A stretch of DNA of 64,000 bases from Patescibacteria group bacterium (GCA_018902845.1 JAHIPV010000013.1:82766-146765), one strand, 5' to 3'. Positions 18,092 to 29,310 are shown, numbered from the stretch's first letter. A program made the numbers and translations. The notes: generated by a model from the letters alone, not told the origin.

Positions 18092-20290
18092 ATGAATCAA
18101 AAAACAATTTTACAAATTCAAGGCATGCACTGTGCCTCGTGTGCAACCACTATAGAAAATGCTCTCAAAAAGGAAAAGGCCATCATTTCAGCCAATATTA
18201 ATTTTGCTTCGGAAAAAGCCAATTTAGAGTTTGACTCTAAAAAAATCAAAATCAAGCAAATCAAAAAAATTATTCAAAAATTAGGCTATCAAACTAATCA
18301 GCAAAAAACTCAAGGAATAAAACAATTAAAAAAACGACTTATTTTTTCCTCTCTATTTGCCTTGCCACTCATTTATATTGTTATGGGCCAAATGCTTGGT
18401 CTGCCAATACCGCCATTTATTAAAGAATCAAATATTTTGATTCAATTTGTTTTAGCCACAATTGTAATTTTGGCTTGTTTTAATCTCTGGATCTCTGGAT
18501 TTAAGAATTTAATACAGCTAAGGCCCAATATGGATTCTCTAATTTTTATTGGCACGGCCACCGCTTATTTTTACAGCCTTGCTCTGTCTGTTTCTTTTTG
18601 GTTGCAAATTCAAAAATCACCTCCTCATTTATATTATGAAAGCACTGTCTTTATTCTTGTTTTTATTTCACTTGGCAAATATCTGGAAACAATTACAAAA
18701 GGAAAGACCGGTCAAGCCATAAAAAAATTAATTGGGCTTCAGCCAAAAGAAGCAACGATTATCAAAAACGGTCAGGAAATGAAAATTCCCATTTCCGAAG
18801 TAAAAGTTGGGGATATTGTTTTGGTAAAACCCGGCCAAAAAATTCCGGTCGATGGAATCGTAATTGATGGATATTCAGGCGTGGACGAAAAAGCAATAAC
18901 CGGTGAGAGCCTTCCGGTTGAAAAAAGAAAAGGGGACAGAGTTATTGGCGCCACAATTAACAAAACTGGTGTTTTAAGGTTTAAAGCAACAAAAGTTGGA
19001 AAAGATACCATGTTGGCTCAAATTATAAAAACAGTGGAAGAAGCAATCGGTTCAAAAGCGCCGATTCAACTTCTGGCTGACAGAGTTTCTTTTTATTTTG
19101 TTCCCGCAGTAATCGCTATGGCCATTTTTGCTTTTATTATCTGGATTATTTTAGGCCAATCTCTTGCTTTTGCCTTGACTGTTTTTGTAGCTGTTCTTAT
19201 TATTGCCTGTCCTTGCGCCTTAGGATTGGCAACTCCCACAGCCGTCATGATGGGCACAGGGCTGGCGGCTCAACATGGCATTTTAATTAAAACCAGCAAA
19301 GCCTTAGAGACGGCCCAAAAAGTAAACATAATTATTTTTGATAAAACAGGCACTTTAACCAAAGGCGAACCAAAAGTGACAAACATCCTAAGCCTATTAA
19401 AGTCCATGTCTCAAAAGCAAGTTTTGCAGATAGCCGCTTCAATAGAAAAAAACTCTCAACATCCTCTTGCTCAAGCTATTGTTCAAAAAGCCAAATTAGA
19501 AAACCTTAGTTTTTTAAACATCCAAAATTTTGAAGAAATACCAGGCAAAGGTGTTATAGCTCAATCCAAAGGAATCAAGCTTTTATTGGGAACAAGAAAG
19601 TTAATGGGCCAAAATAATATCAATACGAATTCTATCGAGAAACAATTGGCCAAATTAGAAAATCAAGGCAAAACAGCCATGATTTTGGCTCAAGCTAAAA
19701 ATATTATTGGAATAATTGCCGTAGCCGATACTTTAAAAAAGTATTCCAAAGAAGCGGTGGCCATGTTGCACAAATTGGGCAAAAAAGTCGCCATAATTAC
19801 GGGGGATAACAAAAGAGTAGGACAAGCCATTGCCAAACAAGTCAATATAGACAAAATTTTAGCCCAAGTTTTACCCCGGCAAAAATCAGAAGAAATCAAA
19901 AAATTACAAAAAGAAGGAAATGTTGTGGCCATGGTGGGCGATGGCATAAACGACGCTCCGGCTTTGGCTCAAGCTGATTTGGGTATTGCTTTAGGTTCCG
20001 GCACAGATGTGGCTATGGAAACCGGAGAAATAGTTTTAATTAAAGATGATCTAAGAGATGTGATAACAGCCATTGATTTAAGCAAATACACTTTAAACAA
20101 AATTAAACAAAATCTTTTCTGGGCTTTCTTTTACAATATTGTCAGTATTCCTATCGCCGCCGGTATTTTGTATCCTTTTACCGGCTGGCTTTTAAATCCG
20201 GCAATTGCCGCCGCAGCCATGGCACTTTCGTCAATTAGTGTTGTTTCAAATGCTCTTTTGATGAAAAGATACCAACCCAAACAACTCTAA
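18092..20290 (+). CDS. copA: Cu(I)-translocating P1B-type ATPase
   Basis: [43 protein letters not shown]. Confidence 0.96.
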   Translation: MNQKTILQIQGMHCASCATTIENALKKEKAIISANINFASEKANLEFDSKKIKIKQIKKIIQKLGYQTNQQKTQGIKQLKKRLIFSSLFALPLIYIVMGQMLGLPIPPFIKESNILIQFVLATIVILACFNLWISGFKNLIQLRPNMDSLIFIGTATAYFYSLALSVSFWLQIQKSPPHLYYESTVFILVFISLGKYLETITKGKTGQAIKKLIGLQPKEATIIKNGQEMKIPISEVKVGDIVLVKPGQKIPVDGIVIDGYSGVDEKAITGESLPVEKRKGDRVIGATINKTGVLRFKATKVGKDTMLAQIIKTVEEAIGSKAPIQLLADRVSFYFVPAVIAMAIFAFIIWIILGQSLAFALTVFVAVLIIACPCALGLATPTAVMMGTGLAAQHGILIKTSKALETAQKVNIIIFDKTGTLTKGEPKVTNILSLLKSMSQKQVLQIAASIEKNSQHPLAQAIVQKAKLENLSFLNIQNFEEIPGKGVIAQSKGIKLLLGTRKLMGQNNINTNSIEKQLAKLENQGKTAMILAQAKNIIGIIAVADTLKKYSKEAVAMLHKLGKKVAIITGDNKRVGQAIAKQVNIDKILAQVLPRQKSEEIKKLQKEGNVVAMVGDGINDAPALAQADLGIALGSGTDVAMETGEIVLIKDDLRDVITAIDLSKYTLNKIKQNLFWAFFYNIVSIPIAAGILYPFTGWLLNPAIAAAAMALSSISVVSNALLMKRYQPKQL

Positions 20291-20538
20291 TCCAGCCTCG
20301 CCATCTTTTGACAATCAAAATTTTATTTTTCTCTTATTTTTTTATTTTTCAAAAATTCCCTAGTCCGCCTTTGGCGGATAAATTTGTGATTTGCTTTCCC
20401 CTTCCGTCATCCTGAGTGAGTTTTACGACCGAAGGATCTAGCGAAGCGTTTTTTTTGGAAATTCTTTAGTCCGCCTTTGGAGGAAGAATTTCGGATTTGG
20501 GATTTAGGATTTATTAAAAATTTCCCGCTCCCAGCGTG

Positions 20539-20691
20539 GTCGGCATTGTACCGAAAAATTCGAACTATATATATGAAATTATAACACTCGCCCCGCACGC
20601 TGTGCCTGTCCGCCTGTGGCGGAGGCGGTCGGCACGGCGAAAACAGCGGGGCTCCGCCGACGCAAAGCTATGGCGGACACAGTCGATTGAA
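20539..20691 (+). repeat. attL: core + P' arm; inverted copy at 27683-27805
   Basis: 20539-20639 is the reverse complement of 27705-27805 with 1 mismatch in 101 bp; similarity resumes to 20691 after a ~30-bp insert. Confidence 0.93.
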
Positions 20692-20844
20692 AATTATTTT
20701 TTGCGCGCGCGATTTTTCAAAAACGCAGAATCATCGAAAAACTTTGTCAGTATATTTTTCTTAAATTTGACTACACTCCTACTGTCACTTTTAATGATAA
20801 AAGCTCTGCCTATAATATTTTGCTAACAGATTCAATCAAATCTC

Positions 20845-21504
20845 TTACTTGATATCGTTTGTCCGACATTCGATATAAAGATTCTTCACTAATTTATCTA
20901 GTTTCTTAAACCTACTTTTTGCTAGTTGACCTATTTTCTTGAAGTGATATTCACTCAATTGGCTAAGGGCAATTGGTCTTCCTTTTTTGCTCCAATATTC
21001 AAACATGCCATCTAAATTACGTTCCCTATGTTCATTAAATGCGATGAGACGAATTAAAAGCATTATTCCACTATTATCTAACCTATCTGCATCCCAGATT
21101 ACATATGATTCAAATTCAGTTAGGTTATTTCCATGGTGACCACCAATTATTCTGCTGATCTTTTTTATTAAATCACTGTTACCCACGTATTTACCTAAAT
21201 AATCTGCAATTATTTTCTCTCCAACTTCATCGTGTTTGAATTTTTCATCATCATAGCCTTCCATAAATTTCATATCATTAACTTTATGTATTTTACCAAT
21301 GTCATGGAATAAGGCAGCGATCAATAAAGCGTCTTTGTTGACATTTTTATTCTTTAAAAAATCCATTTCACAAAAATGTTTACAATAATTAAACACTCTG
21401 ACACCGTGATCTAAGCGGTATTCATATCCTGTGTATTCTTTTACACCTTTAAATACTCTCGTATATTTTTTTATTAAATCATCGTAATTAATGCTATTGC
21501 TCAT
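20845..21504 (-). CDS. HD-domain phosphohydrolase
   Basis: DHGVRV, LFHDIGK, H...G, GHH and DADRLD motifs. Confidence 0.9.
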   Translation of the reverse strand: MSNSINYDDLIKKYTRVFKGVKEYTGYEYRLDHGVRVFNYCKHFCEMDFLKNKNVNKDALLIAALFHDIGKIHKVNDMKFMEGYDDEKFKHDEVGEKIIADYLGKYVGNSDLIKKISRIIGGHHGNNLTEFESYVIWDADRLDNSGIMLLIRLIAFNEHRERNLDGMFEYWSKKGRPIALSQLSEYHFKKIGQLAKSRFKKLDKLVKNLYIECRTNDIK

Positions 21505-21516
21505 ACATACCGGACT

Positions 21517-22554
21517 TTAATTAAAAGACGATCCTCCAGGAAACCATAAGCCTTCGGTTTCGTCAAAGCCATTCATTAAATTATAATTTTGTATAGCCTG
21601 TCCCGCCCCACCTTTAATTAAATTATCAATCGCGGCAAGAATAACGATAAATTTGTTCTTAGCGTAAACTGAAATGTCAATGAAATTTGTACCAGACACA
21701 TTTCTAATCTCGGGAGAAACGTCTCTGAATCTCACAAACGGTTCGCCTCGGTAGCGTTCGGTAAAAATATTTTTTATTTCTGATGTGGTTACTGTCTTAT
21801 CTGTAGTTATGCACATACTAGCCAACATACCTCTTTTCCACGGCCCAACATGCGGGATTATTGCAGGTACTAACCGTACTCCTGTCTTGTCATTAATAAA
21901 CGCAACTATTTCATCTTCGTGCTGATGGGTAAAAACTTTAAATGCTCTATAGTTTTCATTCCTAATAGGGAAATGCGTGCCATAAATTGGTTCTGATCCG
22001 GAGCTGCTAGCCCCGCTACTAAAATTGATACAAAGGTTGTTGATGTTGTATTTTGATAGAACTGGAAATAATCCCAACTGAATGACTGTAGCGGCACAGC
22101 CAGGATTTGCTATCTTTGTGGAGCTACATATTGTTGTTCTGTTTATTTCCGAAAGACCATAGACAAATTCATTATTAACCAGTGGGTGTTGGATTGATGG
22201 CCTAAAAAAAGATCCCAAATCAATAATTTGGATGTTTACATGTTCTGTCTTTGCTGACTTTATTATTGTATTGATTTCATCTTCTACGATATCAGAAGGG
22301 AATATTGAAAATATCGTCAAATTATCGTTTTTGTATTGATTAAGATTCTTTAGGTTTTCACTAAACTTGATATCTGTAAAACTCTTCAGGCGCGGATGAA
22401 TATCTGAAATAAATTTTCCAGGATTACTATGGGATGTTACTTGAACCACGTCAGTGAACTTGTGTAACAGTAGTATACTAAGTAGTTCACCTGCTACATA
22501 ACCAGATCCACCACATATAACAACTTTTCTTTTTTTCATATTCATAGAAATCAA
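21517..22554 (-). CDS. ArgC/LysY-like N-acyl-glutamyl-phosphate reductase
   Basis: GGSGYVAGEL, YGLSE, IANPGC, SGASSSG, HQH..EI, IDNLIKGGAGQAIQN; physiological substrate uncertain. Confidence 0.88.
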   Translation of the reverse strand: MISMNMKKRKVVICGGSGYVAGELLSILLLHKFTDVVQVTSHSNPGKFISDIHPRLKSFTDIKFSENLKNLNQYKNDNLTIFSIFPSDIVEDEINTIIKSAKTEHVNIQIIDLGSFFRPSIQHPLVNNEFVYGLSEINRTTICSSTKIANPGCAATVIQLGLFPVLSKYNINNLCINFSSGASSSGSEPIYGTHFPIRNENYRAFKVFTHQHEDEIVAFINDKTGVRLVPAIIPHVGPWKRGMLASMCITTDKTVTTSEIKNIFTERYRGEPFVRFRDVSPEIRNVSGTNFIDISVYAKNKFIVILAAIDNLIKGGAGQAIQNYNLMNGFDETEGLWFPGGSSFN

Positions 22555-22579
22555 ATAGTTGTGATATTATAGATAATAT

Positions 22580-23545
22580 ATGCATCAAAATATAGATACA
22601 ATAAACAATTTGATTGGTATCTTCAAGAAGAGGTTAGCAAGACAGTTTGGTCAAAGTCTGGTGCTTTTTGATATCACTGCTTACCAAAACAAAGGTGAAG
22701 TTATTCTTAATGGCGAGGTGGGAACTGTCAAATTAAAGAATAAATTTATGGGCATAATTAACAGAAAAAAGATAACTGTAACTGATAATATTAAAACTTT
22801 ATCAGACCCAAAAGATCATCTGGAAAGTGGTTGGGGTAAATCTCTTATAGATCAAAACACATATAGGTCTACAGAAGAGCAGCCGAAGCTAGCGACACAT
22901 GTTTTAAGTGGTGAAACATTTCGTGTCCTGAAGCAAATTAGTGGTTGGTATTTAGTTCAGTTAGAGGACTTGTCTATGGGATGGATCCGCATACCAAACA
23001 AGGATTGTGTTGTGGTTTTTAACGATAAAATCCCAGAATATCGTGAATTTTCAGACCGTTGGCAGAAAGTTCCAAGAGTAAACTCTACTAGATTACAGTT
23101 TGTCTTTCCAGATCAGGAGACACTAGAGAGGAAATTAACAGATATATTTTCTACATATATGGGAATGCCATATATATTTGGTGGACGTTCACCTAAATTC
23201 GGTTTCGATTGTTCCGGATTGATCCAGAATATTATTTTCAAACTTGAGAATGTTCTTTTACCTAAAAACAGTTTGGACCAAATCGTACTTGGAAAAAAAG
23301 CCAATATAAAAGCATTTGATAAAAACCAATTCAAAATTGGTGACATAGTTTTTATTAGGATCAGAAAGAAGATCCCTCATAGTGGAATAGTGACCAGTCA
23401 GGGCATTTTGCATGCAGAAGGTTTAAATCAAAAAATAGTTCTTATCGATAGTTTTGAGGATATTGCTAATCCAGCTAAATTTGCTCATCAATGGCAAAGA
23501 GATTTTGGTAAAGTAGTCCGGTTTTTTCGGTTTCAAAATGACTAG
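22580..23545 (+). CDS. NlpC/P60 (C40) peptidase with N-terminal BON-like and SH3-like domains
   Basis: PYIFGGRS...FDCSGLIQ, HSGI, ILHA; WYLVQ...GWI SH3-like segment. Confidence 0.88.
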   Translation: MHQNIDTINNLIGIFKKRLARQFGQSLVLFDITAYQNKGEVILNGEVGTVKLKNKFMGIINRKKITVTDNIKTLSDPKDHLESGWGKSLIDQNTYRSTEEQPKLATHVLSGETFRVLKQISGWYLVQLEDLSMGWIRIPNKDCVVVFNDKIPEYREFSDRWQKVPRVNSTRLQFVFPDQETLERKLTDIFSTYMGMPYIFGGRSPKFGFDCSGLIQNIIFKLENVLLPKNSLDQIVLGKKANIKAFDKNQFKIGDIVFIRIRKKIPHSGIVTSQGILHAEGLNQKIVLIDSFEDIANPAKFAHQWQRDFGKVVRFFRFQND

Positions 23546-25221
23546 AACCTAACAGGTGGCATAATATCTCTATTAGAGATTATATCTATAACCGATGGTA
23601 CTTGGTTTTTCAATATTGTATTTACTAATTCACTGTTAAGGTTGTTCAAGTTGGTTATTCTATATCCAGCCGCACCAAGTGATCTTGCCATTGTGTCAAA
23701 CCTCGGTTTTGTACTGTAGAAATTTGCACTGCTTGTAAATCCGGTTTGAACCTGACCATGGTGAATTGCCGCCAAACCATAATTGTTAATAATTATCCAT
23801 ATAATCGGTAATTTATACTCAACTGCTGTGTGCACTTCTGTACCATGCATAAGGAAGCTTCCATCACCAACGATAGCAACAACAGGTTTATTAAGGGCAA
23901 AACTTGCACCAATAACACCAGCAGTAGCATAACCCATTGGTGAAAATCCTCCACCTTCAATAAAAGTATACGGGGTATTGAACTCCATTCGGTTTATGGC
24001 CCATGCTCGAGGTGTGCCAGCGTCAACAATAAAAATAGTTTTATCGTCGAACAAGAAACGGACTTTATCTATAACCATACCAGGATCAAGGCCGGATTTG
24101 TCGTATTTTTTGTTGAGGATTTCACACTTATCGTAGTATTTACTTTTAAGTTCTAAATTTTTCTTAAGGGCAGTATCCGTTGCTCGTAATTTGATCCTAT
24201 TATTCATCTCTTTTAGAATTACTTTAATATCACCAAGCACACTTATCCCGACCTTCAGATTTTTCCCAAATGAGGCAAAATCATTATCAATTTGGATAAT
24301 GAAGCTGTCTCTTAGATTGTCACACCAAAGGTTCGTTGACCATGAACCGAGTCTTGAACCGACAACTAATACTATGTCAAACTTCTCTTTATTTAATAAA
24401 TTATTTGCTAAACATGAACCTGCATGTCCTATAGTTCCGAAGAATAGTTTGTTTTTGTTTGCAAAGCAACTCTTTGCCTTGCTAGTAGTTACCACAGGTA
24501 CGAATAATTTGTTTACTAATTCTCCAAATTCATCGACTGCCCTAGAAGCTAAAACTCCATGTCCACCAATAACTAAAATCGTTTTTGCTTTGGAAATTTT
24601 ATCTACAGCAGCGCATATATTTTTTTTACTTTCATCTAGTAAATAATTGTTTTCAGATAACTTGCAACTTGGGAGATTCTTCGTTTGTAGGACACTGACA
24701 TCTGAAGTAATTATATTTACAGGTAAGGATAAAAATATAGGCTGTTTCTTGTCATTTATTGTATTGACTGTTTGAATTAGTCGTTTGACCGCATTTTTTG
24801 GATTGGTACATATCAAACTTTGGTTGATTACCATCTTATACATTCCAACGACATTAATAGACTTTGGATCTGAACTCTGAAACACATCTTTACCAAAATA
24901 CTTTGTATTTACCTCACCCGAAATTATCAGAAGGGGTGTAGAGTTGGATTTTGCCATGGCCAATGCTGTTCCTAGCCCTGTGGCACCAGGACCAGATGAT
25001 ACAAGACACACACCAATTTTACCTGATACTCTCGAATATACCTCGGCCATGTAGCCAGCACCTAACTCTGATTTAGCAAGAACAAATTTAATTTTTTTTG
25101 ATTTACTTATATCTTCAAGTATTGGTTTAATAGGAGCACCAGGAATTCCAAACACATATTCGACCCCTATGTTTTCCAGTAGACTTACCAAAACTTCACT
25201 AAACTTCTTTTTTAGAATCAT
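23542..25221 (-). CDS. Thiamine-pyrophosphate-dependent enzyme (acetolactate synthase-like)
   Basis: VFGIPG, ELGAGYMA, SSGPGAT, GDGSFLM...NN TPP-binding motif. Confidence 0.92.
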   Translation of the reverse strand: MILKKKFSEVLVSLLENIGVEYVFGIPGAPIKPILEDISKSKKIKFVLAKSELGAGYMAEVYSRVSGKIGVCLVSSGPGATGLGTALAMAKSNSTPLLIISGEVNTKYFGKDVFQSSDPKSINVVGMYKMVINQSLICTNPKNAVKRLIQTVNTINDKKQPIFLSLPVNIITSDVSVLQTKNLPSCKLSENNYLLDESKKNICAAVDKISKAKTILVIGGHGVLASRAVDEFGELVNKLFVPVVTTSKAKSCFANKNKLFFGTIGHAGSCLANNLLNKEKFDIVLVVGSRLGSWSTNLWCDNLRDSFIIQIDNDFASFGKNLKVGISVLGDIKVILKEMNNRIKLRATDTALKKNLELKSKYYDKCEILNKKYDKSGLDPGMVIDKVRFLFDDKTIFIVDAGTPRAWAINRMEFNTPYTFIEGGGFSPMGYATAGVIGASFALNKPVVAIVGDGSFLMHGTEVHTAVEYKLPIIWIIINNYGLAAIHHGQVQTGFTSSANFYSTKPRFDTMARSLGAAGYRITNLNNLNSELVNTILKNQVPSVIDIISNRDIMPPVRF

Positions 25222-26029
25222 AATTCTTTTTCGAGCAACTTTATTATGTTATTTTGATCTTTATGTTTGTATCCCGAAAATACTTTTTCTGTTAAATCAA
25301 TTAATGGAAAACGACCGTACTTTCGTGTAAATTTTTTTATCATGGCAGTATCTTTTTCTCTGATGTCAATACATTCACTTGGAGTAATTTGTTTGGTCAG
25401 TATACTGTTAATGTTTCTTTTCCACACCCAATAAATATTTGTCAATATTCCATCTAGTAAAATTTTTTGATGTCGTTTATTTAATTTCAACAAATTAATC
25501 AATCTCAATATCTCAAAAGATATGATCAAGTTTGTATATCTTGGTGTATTTCTCAACAGTTTTAGTGTTGATGCTGAACCCACATCGCCGGTATAAACGA
25601 TATGTTTTGAAAATAATTTGAGTAAAGGCTTCATTCTTCTATAAACATTGGGAGCTCCACCTACCTCCAAGTGTAAAATACCAAGTTTGGCATCATTTTC
25701 GCGTCCTTTTATGGGAGACTCCAGGTAAGAGACTTTCTTTTTTTTACATATTTGAGTATGCCATTTTTCCCAAAAATAACTTCTTTTGATACTCTTGGTA
25801 GAGGCAGGCATATAAAAAATACTTTTGCACTTTGTGCAATACTAGTTAAATCCGGGCAAGCTATGCAACTGTCACCAAATTCTGACTTTAATTTGTTAGA
25901 TTTTGCTTTATCTTTATCAAAAACAAATATGGAGCTACTAGTATTTTTGATGATGTTTGAAGCAATACCATATCCCATTCTTCCAAGGCCTATAACTCCT
26001 ATCAGAAAGCTGTCCTTATTCATTTTCAA
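25218..26029 (-). pseudogene. NAD(P)-dependent beta-hydroxyacid dehydrogenase (3-hydroxyisobutyrate/tartronate-semialdehyde reductase family), frameshifted
   Basis: IGLGRMG N-terminus in one frame and YLESPIKG...HLEVGG in another; switch at the A8 run (25738-25745); the intervening family 'IDxST' segment appears absent. Confidence 0.75.
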
Positions 26030-27611
26030 GTAATTCCTTTAATACCAAATAATCATTAAACGGTATTTTTTCAGAACCTATTTGTTGGAGGTTGTGATGA
26101 CCACTGCCTAAAACAATAATTAAATCTCCCGGATGTCGTATTTCCAAAGCTTTTTTAATTGCCAACCTTCTGTCGGGAATTGTAATAAATGCGCTATTTG
26201 ACTTTATAACACCTTCTTTAATTTCCTTTACTGCAACATCAACTGATTCAAGTTTAGGGTTATTAGTGGTTATCACAACGATATCAGCTTTTTCCCCAAT
26301 CACTTGTCCCATTAGTCGCCTCTTTTGATTTTGGCCATCCCACTCTCCTCCATAAACGGCAATGACTCTTCCTTTGACGAGAGATCTTGATAAATTGAGT
26401 GATTCGGACAATGAGCTCTCATTGTGGGCGTAATCAACCACAAATACAGAATCGTTCTTCTCGATGATCTGGTATCTACCAGGAGGAACCGTGATTTCGG
26501 GTAGTACTTTGACAATGTTTTCTATAGATACTCCCATCTCGGCGGCCGCTAGAATGGCCGCTAAACAATTCTGTACCTGAAAAGCACCCATTAAATTAAT
26601 TTTAGTTTGGTATGATGCTCCGTTAATCGTAAAACAAAAAATAGTTCCCCGAAGTGTTTCAATTATTTCTTCGGCGTAGAGGTCGGCCATTTTGTCTTTG
26701 GTGCTAAATGTTAATACTTTAAGATTGGATGGGAAGATCTTGTCTTGGCCTAATGTAGAATCGTCCTTGTTAGTAACTATAAAACCGCCACTTTTAATTA
26801 GATCACCCAAATGTTTTTTTGTAGCTAGGTACTCTGCAAACGTACCATGGTAGTCGATGTGATCGTTGGAGATATTCGTAAAAATCGCCCCAGTAAACAT
26901 AGAGGAGTCAACTCTTTTTAGCGCTAAATCATATGAGTTCACTTCCATGACTACGGCATTTTTACCTCCGTCCGCGTCAAGACGAATTCTTTCAACAATT
27001 CTATTTGCCTCCAGTATCTGGCTATCCGATTTAACACCAGTAAACGAAAATAATGCGCCACTTGTGTAAGAACCAAATGCATCTACTTGTTTACCGCAGA
27101 GTTTTAGTATAGAAGCAAGCATCCAAATTGTACTAGTTTTTCCACTCGATCCAGTAACACCTATAACAGAAATCTCTTTTGAGGGGAAACCAAAGTAATA
27201 ATTCGATATTTTTGCAACCGCTTCTCTAGTATCTTTAACTTGAACTTGTGGGATATTTATACCTTCTTGCAACTCAGAAACTATACAGCATACCGCACCT
27301 TGTTGTTTGACGTCTTGTATAAACTTGTGACTATCAAAATTTCTTCCTTGATTTGCTACAAAAATAGCATTCTGTTTGACTTCTCGCGAATCAAAACATA
27401 TATCACTAACTTCCACCCCATTTATTGATTTATCGAAAAATACCGTATTAACAATATCGTCGCTAAGATATTTAAGAATATTTCCTACTTTTTTTTTGCT
27501 TAATAGACATTTACTTTTATCGTTCAAATATAATTTTTGTGCATTATACAGCAATTTTATCACTATCCATTTTAAATGGATCACCAAAAACGGTCTGGCT
27601 GATAACATCAA
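26016..27611 (-). CDS. MurE-like Mur ligase (start uncertain)
   Basis: DSREV, GVTGSSGKTST, MEVNS, FTNISNDHIDYH, PGR, DYAHN; specificity motif NNPK instead of DNPR. Confidence 0.88.
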   Translation of the reverse strand: MMLSARPFLVIHLKWIVIKLLYNAQKLYLNDKSKCLLSKKKVGNILKYLSDDIVNTVFFDKSINGVEVSDICFDSREVKQNAIFVANQGRNFDSHKFIQDVKQQGAVCCIVSELQEGINIPQVQVKDTREAVAKISNYYFGFPSKEISVIGVTGSSGKTSTIWMLASILKLCGKQVDAFGSYTSGALFSFTGVKSDSQILEANRIVERIRLDADGGKNAVVMEVNSYDLALKRVDSSMFTGAIFTNISNDHIDYHGTFAEYLATKKHLGDLIKSGGFIVTNKDDSTLGQDKIFPSNLKVLTFSTKDKMADLYAEEIIETLRGTIFCFTINGASYQTKINLMGAFQVQNCLAAILAAAEMGVSIENIVKVLPEITVPPGRYQIIEKNDSVFVVDYAHNESSLSESLNLSRSLVKGRVIAVYGGEWDGQNQKRRLMGQVIGEKADIVVITTNNPKLESVDVAVKEIKEGVIKSNSAFITIPDRRLAIKKALEIRHPGDLIIVLGSGHHNLQQIGSEKIPFNDYLVLKELLENE

Positions 27612-27682
27612 GCTATTTGAATATTGGAAATTTTTAGAACCAAATATTACTAAAATTTTTGCGTTACGAGCCGACAGTTTTG

Positions 27683-27913
27683 TTCAATCGAGCCCCGCGT
27701 TTTACGCCGTGCCGACCGCCTCCGCCACAGGCGGACAGGCACGGCGTGCGGGGCGAGTGTTATAATTTCATATATATAGTTCGAATTTTTCGGTACAATG
27801 CCGACAATTCATGAATGTTCTGATTTTTTAAAGTGGCGCAGGCCAAACTCGCACCGTTGGCCAGCGCCAAGAATCCGTCATTTTGAAATTTTGGGCGTAC
27901 AATAAAAGTAGTT
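27683..27913 (-). repeat. Intact internal attP (P arm + GTCGG core + P' arm) in inverted orientation
   Basis: 27801-27895 is the perfect 95-bp reverse complement of 29340-29434; 27705-27805 is the reverse complement of 20539-20639. Confidence 0.9.
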
Positions 27914-29310
27914 ATAGAAACGCAAAAATTTTTATGAAGTACGTTGCTTACTGCCGTAAATCTACTGATGAACCTGATCGCCAAATTCTTTCAATTGAAG
28001 CTCAAATTGCCGAAGTAAAAGAATTCGCCCAAAGAGAAAACCTAGAAATTGTCAATTTTATTATCGAAAGTCGCACCGCTCGAAAGCCGGGTCGACCAGA
28101 ATTCCAAAAAGTGTTGCAAATGCTTGAGACTGGCAAGGTTGGTGGCATCATTTCATGGCATCCGGATAGGCTAGCTAGAAATTCAATCGATAGCGGTCAA
28201 CTGATATATCTTCTAGACATTGGAAAACTACTTGATTTAAAGTTTCCAACTTTTTGGTTTGATAACACTCCCCAAGGCAAATTTATGCTTAATATCGCTT
28301 TTGGCCAATCCAAATATTATGTCGATAACCTGTCCGAAAATGTAAGGCGCGGAATAAGGCAAAAACTCCGCAGGGGTGAATGGCCATCAAAAGCTCCCTT
28401 TGGTTATCAAATGGATTCCACCAAAAAGTTGATAGTTGACCGTAAAACTGGTAAATATGTTAAACAAATTTTTGAAATGTATGCCACCTGTCGGTATACA
28501 TATGTTGATTTGCAAAACTTTTTGTTCGATCACAAAATTTATTCTAAGCATGGTAATAAAATCGACATTGGTACATTAAAACGAATTCTGATCGACCCCA
28601 TCTATTACGGAACAATGAAGATGAAGGGCGAATTCTTTTAGGGAGTCCATAAACCCATCATCACCAAGAAACTTTTTGACAAAGTTCAAACGGTAATCAA
28701 TCGTAAATCAAAAAATTATTTATCCAACAAAACTGATTTTCACTTCTTAGGTCTAGCCACCTGTGGCGAATGTGGCTCGTCCATTACCGCTGAAAAACAT
28801 CGTAAGCATTACTTGCGTCGAAACATTGATGTTGATTACCACTATTATCGGTGCAGTAAGAAGAAAATGCCATGTCATCAATCATATCTACCATCATCAA
28901 TATTTGAAAATCAATTAAGACAAATAATTTTTAAGGCTTCAATATCACCATTTGTCGCCAAAAAGTTTCTTGATTGGGCTAGTGATGATGTTAATAGTGA
29001 AACCCAAAATACATCAGATGAGATTAATACCCTATCTTCGGCAATTTCAGATACAGATTCCAAACTTAATAATCTTCTCGATGGTTACATTGATAAAACC
29101 ATCGATCCACTTGATTACCAAAGAAAGAAAAACGAATTAATTCAATATAAAGTTACCACCGAGGAGAAAATCAAAGAAATTAATACCAATGGTTCGAGTT
29201 GGCTCGAACCATTTACGGAATTTGTTAATAGTGCGCTACTAGCGCACAAAATCGCGCGTGCAAAAAATAATTGCACCGATTTACTAATCGGTGCCAAAAC
29301 TGTCGGCTCG

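Noticed and set aside
16399-20290. Copper operon as part of the integrated element
   Set aside because: It lies outside attL (20539), and no further att core or boundary was found to its left
20407-20826. ORFs 20407-20598 and 20536-20826
   Set aside because: They are composed of palindromic repeats and att arm sequence
23542-26029. Glyoxylate carboligase plus tartronate semialdehyde reductase pathway
   Set aside because: The TPP enzyme keeps the catalytic Glu (SELGAG) that Gcl replaces with Val, and the context is not glyoxylate metabolism
27760-27984. 74-aa ORF sharing sequence with the recombinase C-terminus
   Set aside because: It is only the translation of the inverted attP copy; there is no independent evidence for a gene
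28639-28641. Stop-codon reassignment or programmed TAG readthrough
   Set aside because: TAG, TGA and TAA all terminate conserved genes in this window; a single nonsense mutation is simpler, though readthrough cannot be excluded
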